A stretch of DNA of 64,000 nucleotides from Solirubrobacterales bacterium. Lineage in GTDB: Bacteria > Actinomycetota > Thermoleophilia > Solirubrobacterales > 70-9. Under the pieces are notes generated by a model. It made no database searches. It saw only the letters and a program-made list of their open reading frames with translations, and had not been told where the DNA came from. Shown here piece by piece: positions 19,501-28,918 of the stretch. How positions within the stretch are numbered: the first letter of the stretch is position 1; each line of letters opens with the position of its first letter. The position numbers were made by a program, and so were the translations under genes. The stretch covers positions 29,876-93,875 of the forward strand of contig JAWKKC010000006.1 in NCBI GenBank assembly GCA_041393445.1. The letters run 5' to 3'.

Positions 19501-20964
19501 TCAGCGCAGGGCGGCGCGGCGCAGCTTGCCGGTGCTGGTCTTCGGCAGCTCGGCGGCGAACTCGACGATGCGGGGGAACTTGTAGGGGGCGGTCTCGCGC
19601 TTGCAGTGGTCCTGCAACTCCCGGGCCAGCCGCTCGCTGGGCTCACCCTCGCTCAGCACCACGATCGCCCGCACCACGGAGCCGCGCTCGGGGTCGGGGG
19701 CGGCGACCGCGGCCGCGTCGGCGACCGCCGGGTGGGAGAGCAGCGCGGCCTCGACCTCGGTCGGGCCGATCCGGTACCCGGCCGAGAGGATGATGTCGTC
19801 GCCGCGGCCCTCGAAGAACAGGTAGCCGTCCTCGTCGGCGCGAACCAGGTCGCCGGTCGGCCACCACTCGCCCTCGAAGCGCTCGCCGTCGAGATAGCGG
19901 GAGAAGAAGGTGGGGGAGGAGGAGACGCGCAGCTGCAGCTCGCCATGTCCGTCGCCCTCGCCCAATTCGTCGTGCGGGACGATGCGGACCTCGAACCCGG
20001 GGAGCGGCCGGCCCATCGAGCCGCGCCGCACCGGCTCGCCGCGGAGGTTGCCGCTGACGTGCCCGGTCTCGGTCTGGCCGTAGCCGTCGGCCGGCTCGAG
20101 CCCGGTCGCCGCCAGGAAGGCGCCGATCGTCTCCGGGTCCAGCGGCTCGCCGGCCGAGACCATGCGGTGCAGGGAGGGGAGGGGGCGGAGGCTGGCTCGG
20201 TGGGCCAGCATCCGGTACTCGGTCGGCGCCTGGCAGAGGACGTTGACGCCGAGCCGGTCGACCAGGGCGAGTCGCTCTCCGGCGTCGAAGCGGCCGTCGT
20301 GGATGACCGCCGCGGCGCCGGTGATCCAGGGGGCGAGGAAGACGTTGCGGGAGGACTTGGACCAGCCGGGCGCGGTCGTGCACCAGGCCAGGTCGCCGGG
20401 GCGGGAGCCAAACCAGTTGGTCGCCTGGGCCTCCTGGCCGAGCAGGTAGCGGTAGGCGTGGACGACCCCGCGCGGCTCGCCGGTGGTGCCCGAGGTAAAG
20501 ACGATCAGGGCCGGGTCCTCGGGGCCCATCGTCTCGACCGCGGCCGGGGTCTCCTGGGGGCGGTCCTCGTCGAGCACCGCGGCGACTTCGTCCATCGCCA
20601 TCGTCGGCACCCCGTCGGGCAGCTCGGCGAGCAGGCGGTCCTCGCCGACGCAGAGCTTGGGGTCGGCGGCGGCGACCCGGACCTCGAGGTCGTGGCGGCG
20701 CAGCTGCGTGCTGCAGGGCAGGGCCACCGCCCCCATCCGCCAGCAGGCGAGCAGGGCAAGCACCCACTCGACCCGGTTGCCGGCCAGGGTCATGACGACG
20801 TCGCCGCGCTGCACGCCGCGGGCCGCGAAGGCGCCGGAGAGCCCGGCCGAGCAGGCGATCAGTTCACCGAAGTGCCAGTCCCGCCGCCGGCCCGCGGAGT
20901 CGATCGCGACCAGCCCGAGCCGCGAGGCGGGCGAGCGCTCCAGGAGGTCGTCGATCAGGTTCAA
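19501..20964 (-). CDS. AMP-dependent acyl-CoA synthetase/ligase
   Basis: 487 aa with the FTSGTTGEPRGV AMP-binding motif, YGQTE and GDLVRADEDGYLFFEGRGDD. Confidence 0.88.
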   Translation of the reverse strand: MNLIDDLLERSPASRLGLVAIDSAGRRRDWHFGELIACSAGLSGAFAARGVQRGDVVMTLAGNRVEWVLALLACWRMGAVALPCSTQLRRHDLEVRVAAADPKLCVGEDRLLAELPDGVPTMAMDEVAAVLDEDRPQETPAAVETMGPEDPALIVFTSGTTGEPRGVVHAYRYLLGQEAQATNWFGSRPGDLAWCTTAPGWSKSSRNVFLAPWITGAAAVIHDGRFDAGERLALVDRLGVNVLCQAPTEYRMLAHRASLRPLPSLHRMVSAGEPLDPETIGAFLAATGLEPADGYGQTETGHVSGNLRGEPVRRGSMGRPLPGFEVRIVPHDELGEGDGHGELQLRVSSSPTFFSRYLDGERFEGEWWPTGDLVRADEDGYLFFEGRGDDIILSAGYRIGPTEVEAALLSHPAVADAAAVAAPDPERGSVVRAIVVLSEGEPSERLARELQDHCKRETAPYKFPRIVEFAAELPKTSTGKLRRAALR

Positions 20965-20979
20965 CGACCCGGCAGTTTG

Positions 20980-22191
20980 TCAGCGCAGTTCGGCCGACGA
21001 CTTGCCGAGCAGCTGGCGGGCGACGATCAGCAGCTGGATTTGCTGGGTGCCCTCGAAGATGTCGAGGATCTTTGCGTCGCGAGCCCACTTCTCGAGCAGC
21101 TCGCCCTCGCCGTAGCCGACCGCGCCGCAGAGCTCGACGCAGCCGAGGGTGACCTCGACGCAGGTGCGTCCCGCCTTCGCCTTCGCCATCGAGGCCTGCA
21201 GCGAGTTCGGCTTTGCGTTGTCGGCCATCCAGGCGGCGTGCAGGGTGAGCAGCCAGGCCGCCTCGTAGTCGGCCTCCATCTCGAGGAAGCGGGCGGCGGC
21301 GGCGGGCTGGCTGTTGGCCGGGACCGAGTAGTCGATCTCGACACCGGCCGCGGCGAGGCGGCGGCGGGTCTCCTCGAGCGCCGCCCGGGTCACCCCGACC
21401 GCCATCGCGGCGACCAGGGGCCGGGTGTTGTCGAAGGTTTCCATCACCCCGGCGAAGCCCTTCTCCTTCACCTCCGGGTCGCCGAGCAGCGCCGTTTTCG
21501 GCACCCGGCAGTCCCGCAGGGTGAAGTTGGCGGTGTCGGAGGCGCGGATCCCCAGCTTGTGCTCGAGCCGGTCGAGGTGCAGGCCCGGGTTGTCCCGCTC
21601 GACGATGAACGACTTGATCGCGGCCCGACCCTTGGCGCGGTCGAGCGTCGCCCAGACGACGACCAGGTCGGCGCGGTCGCCGGCGGTGACGAAGATCTTC
21701 TCGCCGTTCAGCACGTACTCGTCGCCGTCGGGCTCGGCGGTGGTGCGGATCGCAGCCGAGTCGGAGCCCGCTTCGGGCTCGGTGATCGCCATCGCCGCCC
21801 ACTTGCCGCCGTAGCGCTCCAGCTGCTCCTCGGTCGCGACCGAGGCGATCGCTGAGTTGCCGAGCCCCTGGCGCGGCATCGAGAGCAGCAGGCCGACGTC
21901 GCCCCAGCAGAGCTCGATGATCCCCAGCACGGTCGAGAGGTTGGAGCCGTTGCGGTTCTCGGCCGCCTCGTCGCCGCCCGCCTCGCGCCGCACCCCGGTG
22001 GCGCCGGCCCCGCCGATGTCGGAACCCTCGTTCATGCCGTCGATCAGCGAGGCCAGCATGTCGAGCTCCTTGGGATAGGTGTGCTCGGCCTCGTCGTACT
22101 TGCGCGAGATCGGCCGGAACACCTCGGTCGCTACCTGGTTTGCTTGCGCGGCCAGCGGCGCGAACTTCTTCGGAACCTCGAGGTTGATCAT
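20980..22191 (-). CDS. Acyl-CoA dehydrogenase (partner 2 of an adjacent pair)
   Basis: Starts at MINLEVPKKF (ATG 22191), overlapping the upstream stop in ATGA. ACAD motifs AMAITEPEAGSD, KIFVTAG and IFEGTQQIQ are present. The rest of the 602-aa ORF-track entry is read-through into the upstream gene. Confidence 0.88.
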   Translation of the reverse strand: MINLEVPKKFAPLAAQANQVATEVFRPISRKYDEAEHTYPKELDMLASLIDGMNEGSDIGGAGATGVRREAGGDEAAENRNGSNLSTVLGIIELCWGDVGLLLSMPRQGLGNSAIASVATEEQLERYGGKWAAMAITEPEAGSDSAAIRTTAEPDGDEYVLNGEKIFVTAGDRADLVVVWATLDRAKGRAAIKSFIVERDNPGLHLDRLEHKLGIRASDTANFTLRDCRVPKTALLGDPEVKEKGFAGVMETFDNTRPLVAAMAVGVTRAALEETRRRLAAAGVEIDYSVPANSQPAAAARFLEMEADYEAAWLLTLHAAWMADNAKPNSLQASMAKAKAGRTCVEVTLGCVELCGAVGYGEGELLEKWARDAKILDIFEGTQQIQLLIVARQLLGKSSAELR

Positions 22192-23528
22192 GCGAGCAGT
22201 CCTCCCTCCATCACGCCGGCGGCGCGTAGGTCTCTGTACCAGCGCTCGACCGGGTGCTCCTTGACGAAGCCGTGCCCGCCGAGCAGTTGCACGCCTTCGG
22301 AGCCGATCGCCATGCCGTGGGCGGCGCTGAGCCGGCGGGCGAGGGCCGCCTCGCGGCCGAACTCCTCGCCGCGGTCGGCGCGGCCGGCCGCCCGGTAGGT
22401 GGCGAGCCTCATGCCGCCGGTCTCGATCCCGATGTCCGCGACCCCGAAGGCGACCGCCTGGCGGTTGGAGATCGGTTCGCCGAACGCCTGGCGCTCGTTG
22501 ACGTAGGGGATCACGTAGTCGAGCACCGCCTGGGCGGCGCCGACCGAGAGCGCGCACCAGGCGATCCGGGAGCGGTCGACGCACTCCACATAGTCCGCGG
22601 GCCGGCCCTCGCCGAGCAGCGCCGCGGCCGGGACCCGGGCCCCCGCGATCACCAGGCGGCCGGTGGCGGCGGGGCGCAGGCCCATCGCCGGCTCCGGCTC
22701 GACCGCGAGCCCTTTGGTTCCGGACTCGACCACGAAGAGGGCCGGGCCGATGCCCTCCGCCTCGGCGGCAAGCGCGAACAGCTCGCACTCGCCGGCCCGG
22801 GCGAGCAGCGACTTGGTCCCGTCCAGCACCCAGTCGGAGCCGTCGCGGCGCGCCTTCGTCTCCAGCTGCAGCGGGTCGAAGAGCGGTCGCGGCTCGAGGA
22901 TCGCCAGTGCCGCGGCGGGGACGTTCTCGCCGGTGAAGGCGGGCAGGTAGGTCGCCTCCTGCTCGGCGCTGCCCCAGCGCCCGATCGCGGTGGCGACCGC
23001 GCCGGGGGCGAGGGCCGCGTAGGCGATCCCCACGTCGCCGTGGGCCAGCGCCTCGCCGACCAGCACGGCGGTTGCCGCTGACTGCTCGACCATCACGCCG
23101 CCCAGCTCCTCGGGGACGCCGAGCATGCCGACCCCGAGCTCGGCGGCCTGGTCGAGCAGCTCCGGCGGGGTCGCGCCGGCGCTGTCGGCGTCGAGCGCCG
23201 CGGGGCGGATTCGCTCGGCGGCGAAATCGCGGCAGGCCTCCTGGAACATCTGCTGCTCGTCGTCGGGCGTGACGTCGAACAGGCCTGATGATCTGCCCTG
23301 TCGCTGGCGGGCGGGCTTGCCCAGCCGCTGGGCGGCCTTGAAGGTGCGGCTCGCGGCGGTCGCGGTGCGGAAGCCGTTCTTGGTCCCCCGGAACAGCGCC
23401 CGCTCGACCGGCCCGCGTAGCCGCACCCGGTCGAGCAGCTCCGAGCCGGCGAGCCGGTTCAGGGCCCGCAGGCCGATCCCCATGCCGCGCTCGGCGACGC
23501 TGCGCCCGTCGTTGGTGGTGGTGCTCAC
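22188..23528 (-). CDS. Acyl-CoA dehydrogenase family protein with N-terminal extension (partner 1)
   Basis: GTG 23528 (VSTTTNDG) overlaps the MaoC stop in GTGA. About 75 aa of basic extension precede the ACAD fold (ERQAFGEPISNRQAV, GGHGFVKEHPVERWYRD). Confidence 0.82.
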   Translation of the reverse strand: MSTTTNDGRSVAERGMGIGLRALNRLAGSELLDRVRLRGPVERALFRGTKNGFRTATAASRTFKAAQRLGKPARQRQGRSSGLFDVTPDDEQQMFQEACRDFAAERIRPAALDADSAGATPPELLDQAAELGVGMLGVPEELGGVMVEQSAATAVLVGEALAHGDVGIAYAALAPGAVATAIGRWGSAEQEATYLPAFTGENVPAAALAILEPRPLFDPLQLETKARRDGSDWVLDGTKSLLARAGECELFALAAEAEGIGPALFVVESGTKGLAVEPEPAMGLRPAATGRLVIAGARVPAAALLGEGRPADYVECVDRSRIAWCALSVGAAQAVLDYVIPYVNERQAFGEPISNRQAVAFGVADIGIETGGMRLATYRAAGRADRGEEFGREAALARRLSAAHGMAIGSEGVQLLGGHGFVKEHPVERWYRDLRAAGVMEGGLLA

Positions 23529-24478
23529 TTCTGCCTCCCGCGTTTGGCTTTCGGTTTCTCGTCGGTCGGCCGGATCAGGCCGTCGAGATGGGGCGCGCCG
23601 CCCTGCGCGGCGCGCACCGTGAAGGCGGTCTGCCCGCCGCTGCGCTGCTGGCTGGCGAACTCGACCCGGGCCGGCAGCAGGATCGGCTTGCGGAACCGGG
23701 CCTCGACCGCGAAGGCGTCCGGGATCCTGTTCTCCAGCGCCGCCAGACAGCGCGCCTTGGTCCACATCCCGTGCGCGATCGCCGCCGGGAAGCCGAGCGG
23801 CTTCGCGGTCAGCGCGTGCATATGAATCGGGTTGCGGTCCCCCGAGACGCTCGCGTACCGGCGCCCCAAACCCTCCCCCAGGCGCCACCGTGCGCTCGCC
23901 GGGACGGTGGTCTCGACGGGCTCCCACTGGGCTGAGTTGGCGTTTTCCCCCGCCCCGACCGGGGTTTCCGCCAACTCGGCGGGGGTGGGCTTGCCGCGGT
24001 GGAGCATCGTGCTCCGGGCGGACCAGGCGAGCTCGCCGTCGACCCTGGCCTCGGTGAGGATCGAGAAGGTCTGGCCCTTCGGGTGGGGGCGGAGCGGGGT
24101 GGGGTGCACCGCGAGATCGAGCGGCTCGGAGATCCGCACTGGACGGCGCTGCTCGAGCTGGTTCTCGAGGTGGACCAGGCCAACTGCGCCGAAGGGGAAG
24201 GAGCCGTCGGCCAGCAACGCCATCTGCAGCGGGAAGGCAAGCACCTGCGGGTAGGTGGGCGGCAGGGTGTCGCGCAGCGCGAAGCCGCATGCCCTGGCGT
24301 AGGCGGCGAGCCGGTCGGCGTCGGCTCCGACGCCGCGCAGCTCCAGCTCCAGGGAGGGGATCTCGCCGCCCCCGCCCGGCACGAAGGGGAGCCGCGAGGT
24401 GCCCGGCAGCAGCGGCGCCGCCGCCCGCGCGTAGAGGGGCAGGACGCTGGGCGGGCCGTCGAGGGTGCGCCTCGCCAC
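23525..24478 (-). CDS. MaoC-family double hot-dog (R)-hydratase/dehydratase (HtdX-like)
   Basis: 317 aa with YASVSGDRNPIHMHALTAKPLGFPAAIAHGMW in the C-terminal hot-dog. Its position next to a long FabG mirrors mycobacterial htdX-fabG4. Confidence 0.8.
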   Translation of the reverse strand: MARRTLDGPPSVLPLYARAAAPLLPGTSRLPFVPGGGGEIPSLELELRGVGADADRLAAYARACGFALRDTLPPTYPQVLAFPLQMALLADGSFPFGAVGLVHLENQLEQRRPVRISEPLDLAVHPTPLRPHPKGQTFSILTEARVDGELAWSARSTMLHRGKPTPAELAETPVGAGENANSAQWEPVETTVPASARWRLGEGLGRRYASVSGDRNPIHMHALTAKPLGFPAAIAHGMWTKARCLAALENRIPDAFAVEARFRKPILLPARVEFASQQRSGGQTAFTVRAAQGGAPHLDGLIRPTDEKPKAKRGRQK

Positions 24479-24479
24479 C

Positions 24480-25805
24480 TCAGGCCCCCAGCAGGCTCTG
24501 GCCGCAGACGCGGACGGCGTTGCCGTTGACGCCGGTCGATCCGGGGCTGGCGAGCCAGGCGATCGTCTCGGCGACGTCGACTGGCAGGCCGCCCTGGGAG
24601 AGGCTGGAGAGGCGGCGGCCGGCTTCGCGCGGTCCGAGCGGCATCGCGGCGGTCATCTGGGTCTCGATGAAGCCGGGGGCGACGGCGTTGATCGTGGCGC
24701 CCCGCCGCGCCAGCGCGGGGGCCAGCGCTTCGACCATCCCGATCACCCCCGCCTTCGAGGTCGCGTAGTTGGTCTGGCCCGAGTTGCCGGCGATCCCCGA
24801 CATCGAGGAGACGCAGACGATCCGACCCCCGGCGCCGATCGCGCCGGCCTCGAGCAGGGCGTCGTTGATCCGCTCCTCGCTACTGAGGTTGATCTCCAAC
24901 AGCTGTGCCCAACGCTCCTCCGGCATCTTGGCGATCGTCCGGTCGCGGGTGACGCCGGCGTTGTGGACGAGCACGTCGAGGCCGCCGGCGAAGCGCTCGG
25001 CCAGCTGCGCGGGTGCCTCGGCGGCGGTGATGTCGAGCGCGATCACCTCGCCGCCGATCGACGCCGCGACGGCCTCCATCGCCTCCCTGGCCGGCGGCAC
25101 GTCGAGGCCGACCACGGTGGCGCCGTCGCGGGCCAGGGTCGAGGCGATCGCCGCGCCGATCCCGCGCGAGGCGCCGGTGACCAGGGCGGTGCGCTCGGCC
25201 AGCGGGCGCCCCCACTCGATCTGCGGCGCCGCCGCCACGCCTCGGCCGATCCGCACCACCTGGCCGGAGACGTAGGCGGAGCGGGGCGAGAGCAGGAAGC
25301 GCAGCGTCGACTCCAGCTGATCCTCGGCGCCGGGATCGACGTAGACCAGCTGCACGGTCGAGCCGCGGCCGCCGATCTCCTTGCCGAGCGAGCGGGTGAA
25401 GCCCTCCAGGGCGCGCTGGGCGGTATGGGTGCGCGGCGTGCCGGCCTGCTCGGGAGCGGTGCCGAGGACGATCGCGCGGCCGCTCGGCTGCAGGCGCGCC
25501 ACCGCCGGGTGGAAGAAGCGCTGCAGCTCGACCAGCTCGGCCGAGTCGGCGATCCCGGTGGCGTCGAAGACCAGCGCCTTCGCCGGCTCCTCGGCGCCGG
25601 CCCGTTCGGCCTTGATGCGGTCGAGGATCGCGGCGATCGGGCGGCCGAGCCGGCCGTCCGGAGCCGAGCCGGTCAGCACCGGCCCGGCGATCACGGGGTC
25701 ACCCGGCTGATGACGGTCGAGCGCGACCGGCTGCGGCAGCCCCAGCTGCCTGGCCAGGGTCGAGACGACCGGCGCGTTGACGACTCGCGAGTAACGATCG
25801 GCCAT
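24480..25805 (-). CDS. High-molecular-weight 3-oxoacyl reductase (FabG4-like SDR with extra N-terminal domain)
   Basis: 441 aa. The C-terminal SDR has VTGASRGIGAAIA, HNAGVTRD and YATSKAG, preceded by a flavodoxin-like extra domain of about 190 aa. Confidence 0.85.
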   Translation of the reverse strand: MADRYSRVVNAPVVSTLARQLGLPQPVALDRHQPGDPVIAGPVLTGSAPDGRLGRPIAAILDRIKAERAGAEEPAKALVFDATGIADSAELVELQRFFHPAVARLQPSGRAIVLGTAPEQAGTPRTHTAQRALEGFTRSLGKEIGGRGSTVQLVYVDPGAEDQLESTLRFLLSPRSAYVSGQVVRIGRGVAAAPQIEWGRPLAERTALVTGASRGIGAAIASTLARDGATVVGLDVPPAREAMEAVAASIGGEVIALDITAAEAPAQLAERFAGGLDVLVHNAGVTRDRTIAKMPEERWAQLLEINLSSEERINDALLEAGAIGAGGRIVCVSSMSGIAGNSGQTNYATSKAGVIGMVEALAPALARRGATINAVAPGFIETQMTAAMPLGPREAGRRLSSLSQGGLPVDVAETIAWLASPGSTGVNGNAVRVCGQSLLGA

Positions 25806-25807
25806 GG

Positions 25808-27100
25808 CTATTCGGCGCCTCCCGGACCTTCGAGGATGGCGACGACGCCCTGGCCGCCCGCCGCGCAGATGCTGATCGCGCCGCGGCCGCCGCCGTCTTC
25901 GTGCAGTTGCTTGGCGAGGCCGGCGACGATCCGGCCGCCGGTCGCGGCGAACGGGTGGGCGGCGGCCAGCGAGCCGCCGTTGACGTTGAGCCGGTCGCGG
26001 TCGATCGCCCCCAGGGGCTCGGGTCGGCCCAGCTTCTCCTGGCAGAACTCCGGGTCCTCCCAGGCTTTCAACGTGCATAGCACCTGGGCCGCGAAGGCCT
26101 CGTGGATCTCGTAGTAGTCGAAGTCCTGGAGCCGCAGGCCGGCGCGGTCGAGCATCGCCGGCATCGCGTAGGCCGGCGCCATCAGCAGGCCCTCGCGCTT
26201 GTGGACGTGGTCGACGGCGGCGGTCTGGGCCTCGGCGAGGTAGGCGAGGACGGGCAGGCCGTGCTCCTGCGCCCACTCCTCGCTGGCCAGCAGCACGGCG
26301 CTGGCTCCGTCGGAGAGCGGGGTCGAGTTGGCCGCGGTCATCGTCCCCTCCGGGCCGCCGAAGACCGGCTGCAGCGCCGCCAGCTTCTCGAGGCTCGAGT
26401 CGGGCCGCAGGTTCTGGTCGCGGTCGAGGCCGAGGTAGGGGGTGAGGAGGTCGTCGAGGAAGTCGCGCTCGTAGGCCGCCGCCAGCTTGCGGTGGCTGGC
26501 CAGCGCCAGCTCGTCCTGCTCCTCGCGGCCGATACCCCAGTCGGTCGCCATGATCGCGCAGTGCTCGCCCATCGAGAGGCCGGTGCGGGGCTCCTCGTTG
26601 CGGGGGATGTCGGGGACGACCTGGGTCGGCCGCACCCGGGTCAGCTGTTTCAGGGTGCCGACCGTCGAGCTCTCCCGGCTGGCGTCGAGAAGGATCTGGC
26701 GGAGGCCGTCGTTGAGCGCGATCGGGGCGTCGGACGTGGTGTCGGCGCCGCAGGCGATCCCGCACTCGATCTGGCCGAGGGCGATCTTGTTGGCGACCAG
26801 GATCGTCGTCTCCAGGCCGGTGCCGCAGGCCTGCTGCACGTCGTAGGCGGGAGTCTCGGCGGCGAGCCGGGTGCCGAGCACGCTCTCCCGGGTCAGGTCG
26901 CGGTCGTGGGCGTGCTTGAGCACGGCGCCGCCGGCCACCTCGCCGATCCGCTCGCCCGCGAGACCGAAGCGGTCGACCAGGCCGTCGAGCGCCGCGGTCA
27001 ACATGTCCTGGTTGGAGGCGTGGGCGTAGGCGCCTTGGGAGCGCGCAAAGGGGATCCGGTTGCCGCCGACCACTGCTACCCGTCGGGTCTTCTCGTTCAT
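25808..27100 (-). CDS. Acetyl-CoA C-acyltransferase (thiolase; FadA2-like)
   Basis: 430 aa with QACGTGLE (active-site Cys), NVNGGSLAAAHPFAATG and CAAGGQG near the C-terminus. Confidence 0.9.
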   Translation of the reverse strand: MNEKTRRVAVVGGNRIPFARSQGAYAHASNQDMLTAALDGLVDRFGLAGERIGEVAGGAVLKHAHDRDLTRESVLGTRLAAETPAYDVQQACGTGLETTILVANKIALGQIECGIACGADTTSDAPIALNDGLRQILLDASRESSTVGTLKQLTRVRPTQVVPDIPRNEEPRTGLSMGEHCAIMATDWGIGREEQDELALASHRKLAAAYERDFLDDLLTPYLGLDRDQNLRPDSSLEKLAALQPVFGGPEGTMTAANSTPLSDGASAVLLASEEWAQEHGLPVLAYLAEAQTAAVDHVHKREGLLMAPAYAMPAMLDRAGLRLQDFDYYEIHEAFAAQVLCTLKAWEDPEFCQEKLGRPEPLGAIDRDRLNVNGGSLAAAHPFAATGGRIVAGLAKQLHEDGGGRGAISICAAGGQGVVAILEGPGGAE

Positions 27101-27101
27101 C

Positions 27102-27752
27102 TCAGCTCTCTCCGTTCTCGGGGTGGGGCGGGTCAGCCGGCCGGGAGCGGGTCCGCAGGCCGGGCTCGATCGTCGCGATCAGCAGGTCGGCGGCCTCCTC
27201 GGCGCTCAGCGACTCGGTGCGCAGCCACCAGCGGGCCAGCGCCTCGGCGGCGCCGAGCAGGGCGGTGGAGAGGGCCTCGACTTCGACCCGGACTGCCTCG
27301 CGCCGCCGCTCGGGCAGTTGGCGCATCATCGCCGCCGAGACCAGGTCGGTGATCAGCTTGCGGTAGGAGGCGACCCGGTCGGCGAGCTCGCCGCTCTGCG
27401 GCAGGGTCTCGTCGAAGAGCACCGTCCAGGCCTCGCGGTCGGCGTCGAGGAAGGCAAAGAAGGCGCGGACGCCGGCGCCGAGCGCGTCGACCGGGCTCGA
27501 GGTCGAGCCGACCGCCGCCCCGATCGTCGCCGAGAGGGCGTCGCCGTCGCGTTCCATGCAGGCCGTGTAGAGCCGTTCCTTGTTGCCGAAGTAGGTGTAG
27601 AGGAGGGGCTTGGTGACGCCGACCGCCGCGGCGATCTCATCCATTTTCACCGCCGCGTAGCCGCGCTCGGCGAACAGCTCGTGCGCCGCCCGCAGGGTCT
27701 GCTCCATGCGGTCGTCGCGGGAAAGCCGGGTCCGAGAAACCGATGCATCCAT
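27102..27752 (-). CDS. TetR-family transcriptional regulator
   Basis: AHELFAERGYAAVKMDEIAAAVGVTKPLLYTYFGNKERLY HTH motif. Its stop is 1 nt from the thiolase start. It is the first gene of the operon. Confidence 0.88.
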   Translation of the reverse strand: MDASVSRTRLSRDDRMEQTLRAAHELFAERGYAAVKMDEIAAAVGVTKPLLYTYFGNKERLYTACMERDGDALSATIGAAVGSTSSPVDALGAGVRAFFAFLDADREAWTVLFDETLPQSGELADRVASYRKLITDLVSAAMMRQLPERRREAVRVEVEALSTALLGAAEALARWWLRTESLSAEEAADLLIATIEPGLRTRSRPADPPHPENGES

Positions 27753-27767
27753 CGGTGCATACGTTAC

Positions 27768-27783
27768 CCGAATATAAATTCGG
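27768..27783. promoter_or_regulatory. Candidate TetR operator (AT-rich palindrome in the promoter region)
   Basis: CCGAAT-ATAA-ATTCGG is a perfect 6-bp inverted repeat 16 nt upstream of the tetR ATG and contains a TATATT -10-like hexamer on the minus strand. A second palindrome, ACCGATG-CATC-CATCGGT (27739-27756), spans the start codon. Confidence 0.4.
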
Positions 27784-27852
27784 TGCAAGGCCGGTCGCGA
27801 TCCGACCCTGCGGCTGGATACCTACATACGGGTTCATAAAATACGGATTCGT

Positions 27853-28899
27853 ATGAACGACTACGCCTCCAACCCCTTCCCGTACGGCGACCTGGCGCTC
27901 GGCGACTCGTTCGCCGCCCGCCGGTCGGAGCGGGCGGCGCTGGCGGCCGCGATGCGCGACGGCGAGGACGTGGTGGTGATCGGCAGGCGCCGGCTGGGCA
28001 GGTCCTCGCTGATCTGGAATGCCGCCCAGGCGGTCGCCCCCGACGGGGTGCTGGTCGTCCACGTCAACCTGATGACAACGCCGAGCAAGGAGCGACTGGC
28101 GGCTGCCCTGGTCGATGCGATCGAGGAAATCGGCGGCGCCGCTCCGCTCGACCTCGGCTTCAATGCGCGGACCGCCGAGGTCGATGTCCTGCTGGAGCGG
28201 CTATTGCGCCTGCCGGGGGAGATGGGCGCCGAGCGGGGGCGACGCGTCGCCCTGATCGTCGACGAGTTTCAGCAGGTGGCCGAGATCGACCCCGGGCTGC
28301 CGGACCTGATGCGGTCGGTCTTCCAGCGGCAGGCCGAGGTGAGCCACGTCTATTCGGGGTGCAAGCCACTCGCGATGGAGCGGATCTTCGGCGACGGCGG
28401 TGAGCCGTTCTGGCGCAGCGCCAACCCGATCGAGCTGGGGCCGATCGAGCCCGCCGCCTTCGCCCCCTTCGTGGCCGAGCGCTTCGCCGCGACCGGCAAA
28501 CGGGTCGCCGCCGGGGCGATCGCCGCGCTGCTCGAGCTGACCGGCGGCCACCCCTATGCGACCCAGCAGCTCTGCTCCTTCCTCTGGCAGCGCACCGGGG
28601 CCGGAGAGGAGGCGACCACCGCCGAGCTCGAGCTGGCCCTGACCGACGTGCTGCGCTCCGAGCACACCCATTTCCTCCTGCTCTGGGAAGGGTGCAGCCC
28701 GAACCAGAGGCTGGTCATAGAGGCGCTGGCCCGCGAGCCGGGCCGTCCCTTTCGGGCCGAGTACCGGCGCCGCCACGACCTCGGCCCGGCGACCAACGTC
28801 CAGCGCGCCCTGAAGTCCCTCGAACAGCGCGAAATCGCGGTCGGCGAAGGCGGCGCCTACCGCCTCGCCGAACCCTTCCTCGCCGAGTGGCTCGTCTGA
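27853..28899 (+). CDS. ATP-binding protein (Arch_ATPase/DUF234-like AAA ATPase)
   Basis: Walker A-like GRRRLGRSSL and Walker B ALIVDEFQQV, with a C-terminal winged-helix-like tail. Confidence 0.65.
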   Translation: MNDYASNPFPYGDLALGDSFAARRSERAALAAAMRDGEDVVVIGRRRLGRSSLIWNAAQAVAPDGVLVVHVNLMTTPSKERLAAALVDAIEEIGGAAPLDLGFNARTAEVDVLLERLLRLPGEMGAERGRRVALIVDEFQQVAEIDPGLPDLMRSVFQRQAEVSHVYSGCKPLAMERIFGDGGEPFWRSANPIELGPIEPAAFAPFVAERFAATGKRVAAGAIAALLELTGGHPYATQQLCSFLWQRTGAGEEATTAELELALTDVLRSEHTHFLLLWEGCSPNQRLVIEALAREPGRPFRAEYRRRHDLGPATNVQRALKSLEQREIAVGEGGAYRLAEPFLAEWLV

Positions 28900-28918
28900 C
28901 AGCGCGGCGAATTCCGGT

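Noticed and set aside
19156-21855. 899-aa plus-strand ORF
   Set aside because: It is antisense to the acyl-CoA ligase and ACAD genes, has low-complexity Gly/Ala/Arg/Asp-rich (GC-biased) composition and shows no family motifs.
20980-22788. 602-aa ORF treated as one gene; likewise 41144-44665 (1173 aa), 35112-37028 (638 aa), 31839-33047 and 24480-26765
   Set aside because: Only the C-terminal parts carry real domains (ACAD, alpha/beta hydrolase, AcpS, mini-ferredoxin, FabG4). The upstream parts are out-of-frame read-through of neighbouring genuine genes with junk composition.
27853-28899. Orphan AAA-type ATPase as part of a defence system
   Set aside because: It is a single gene with no nuclease, effector or methylase partner, and it is flanked by unrelated operons. 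The Arch_ATPase/DUF234-type proteins are common stand-alone genes.
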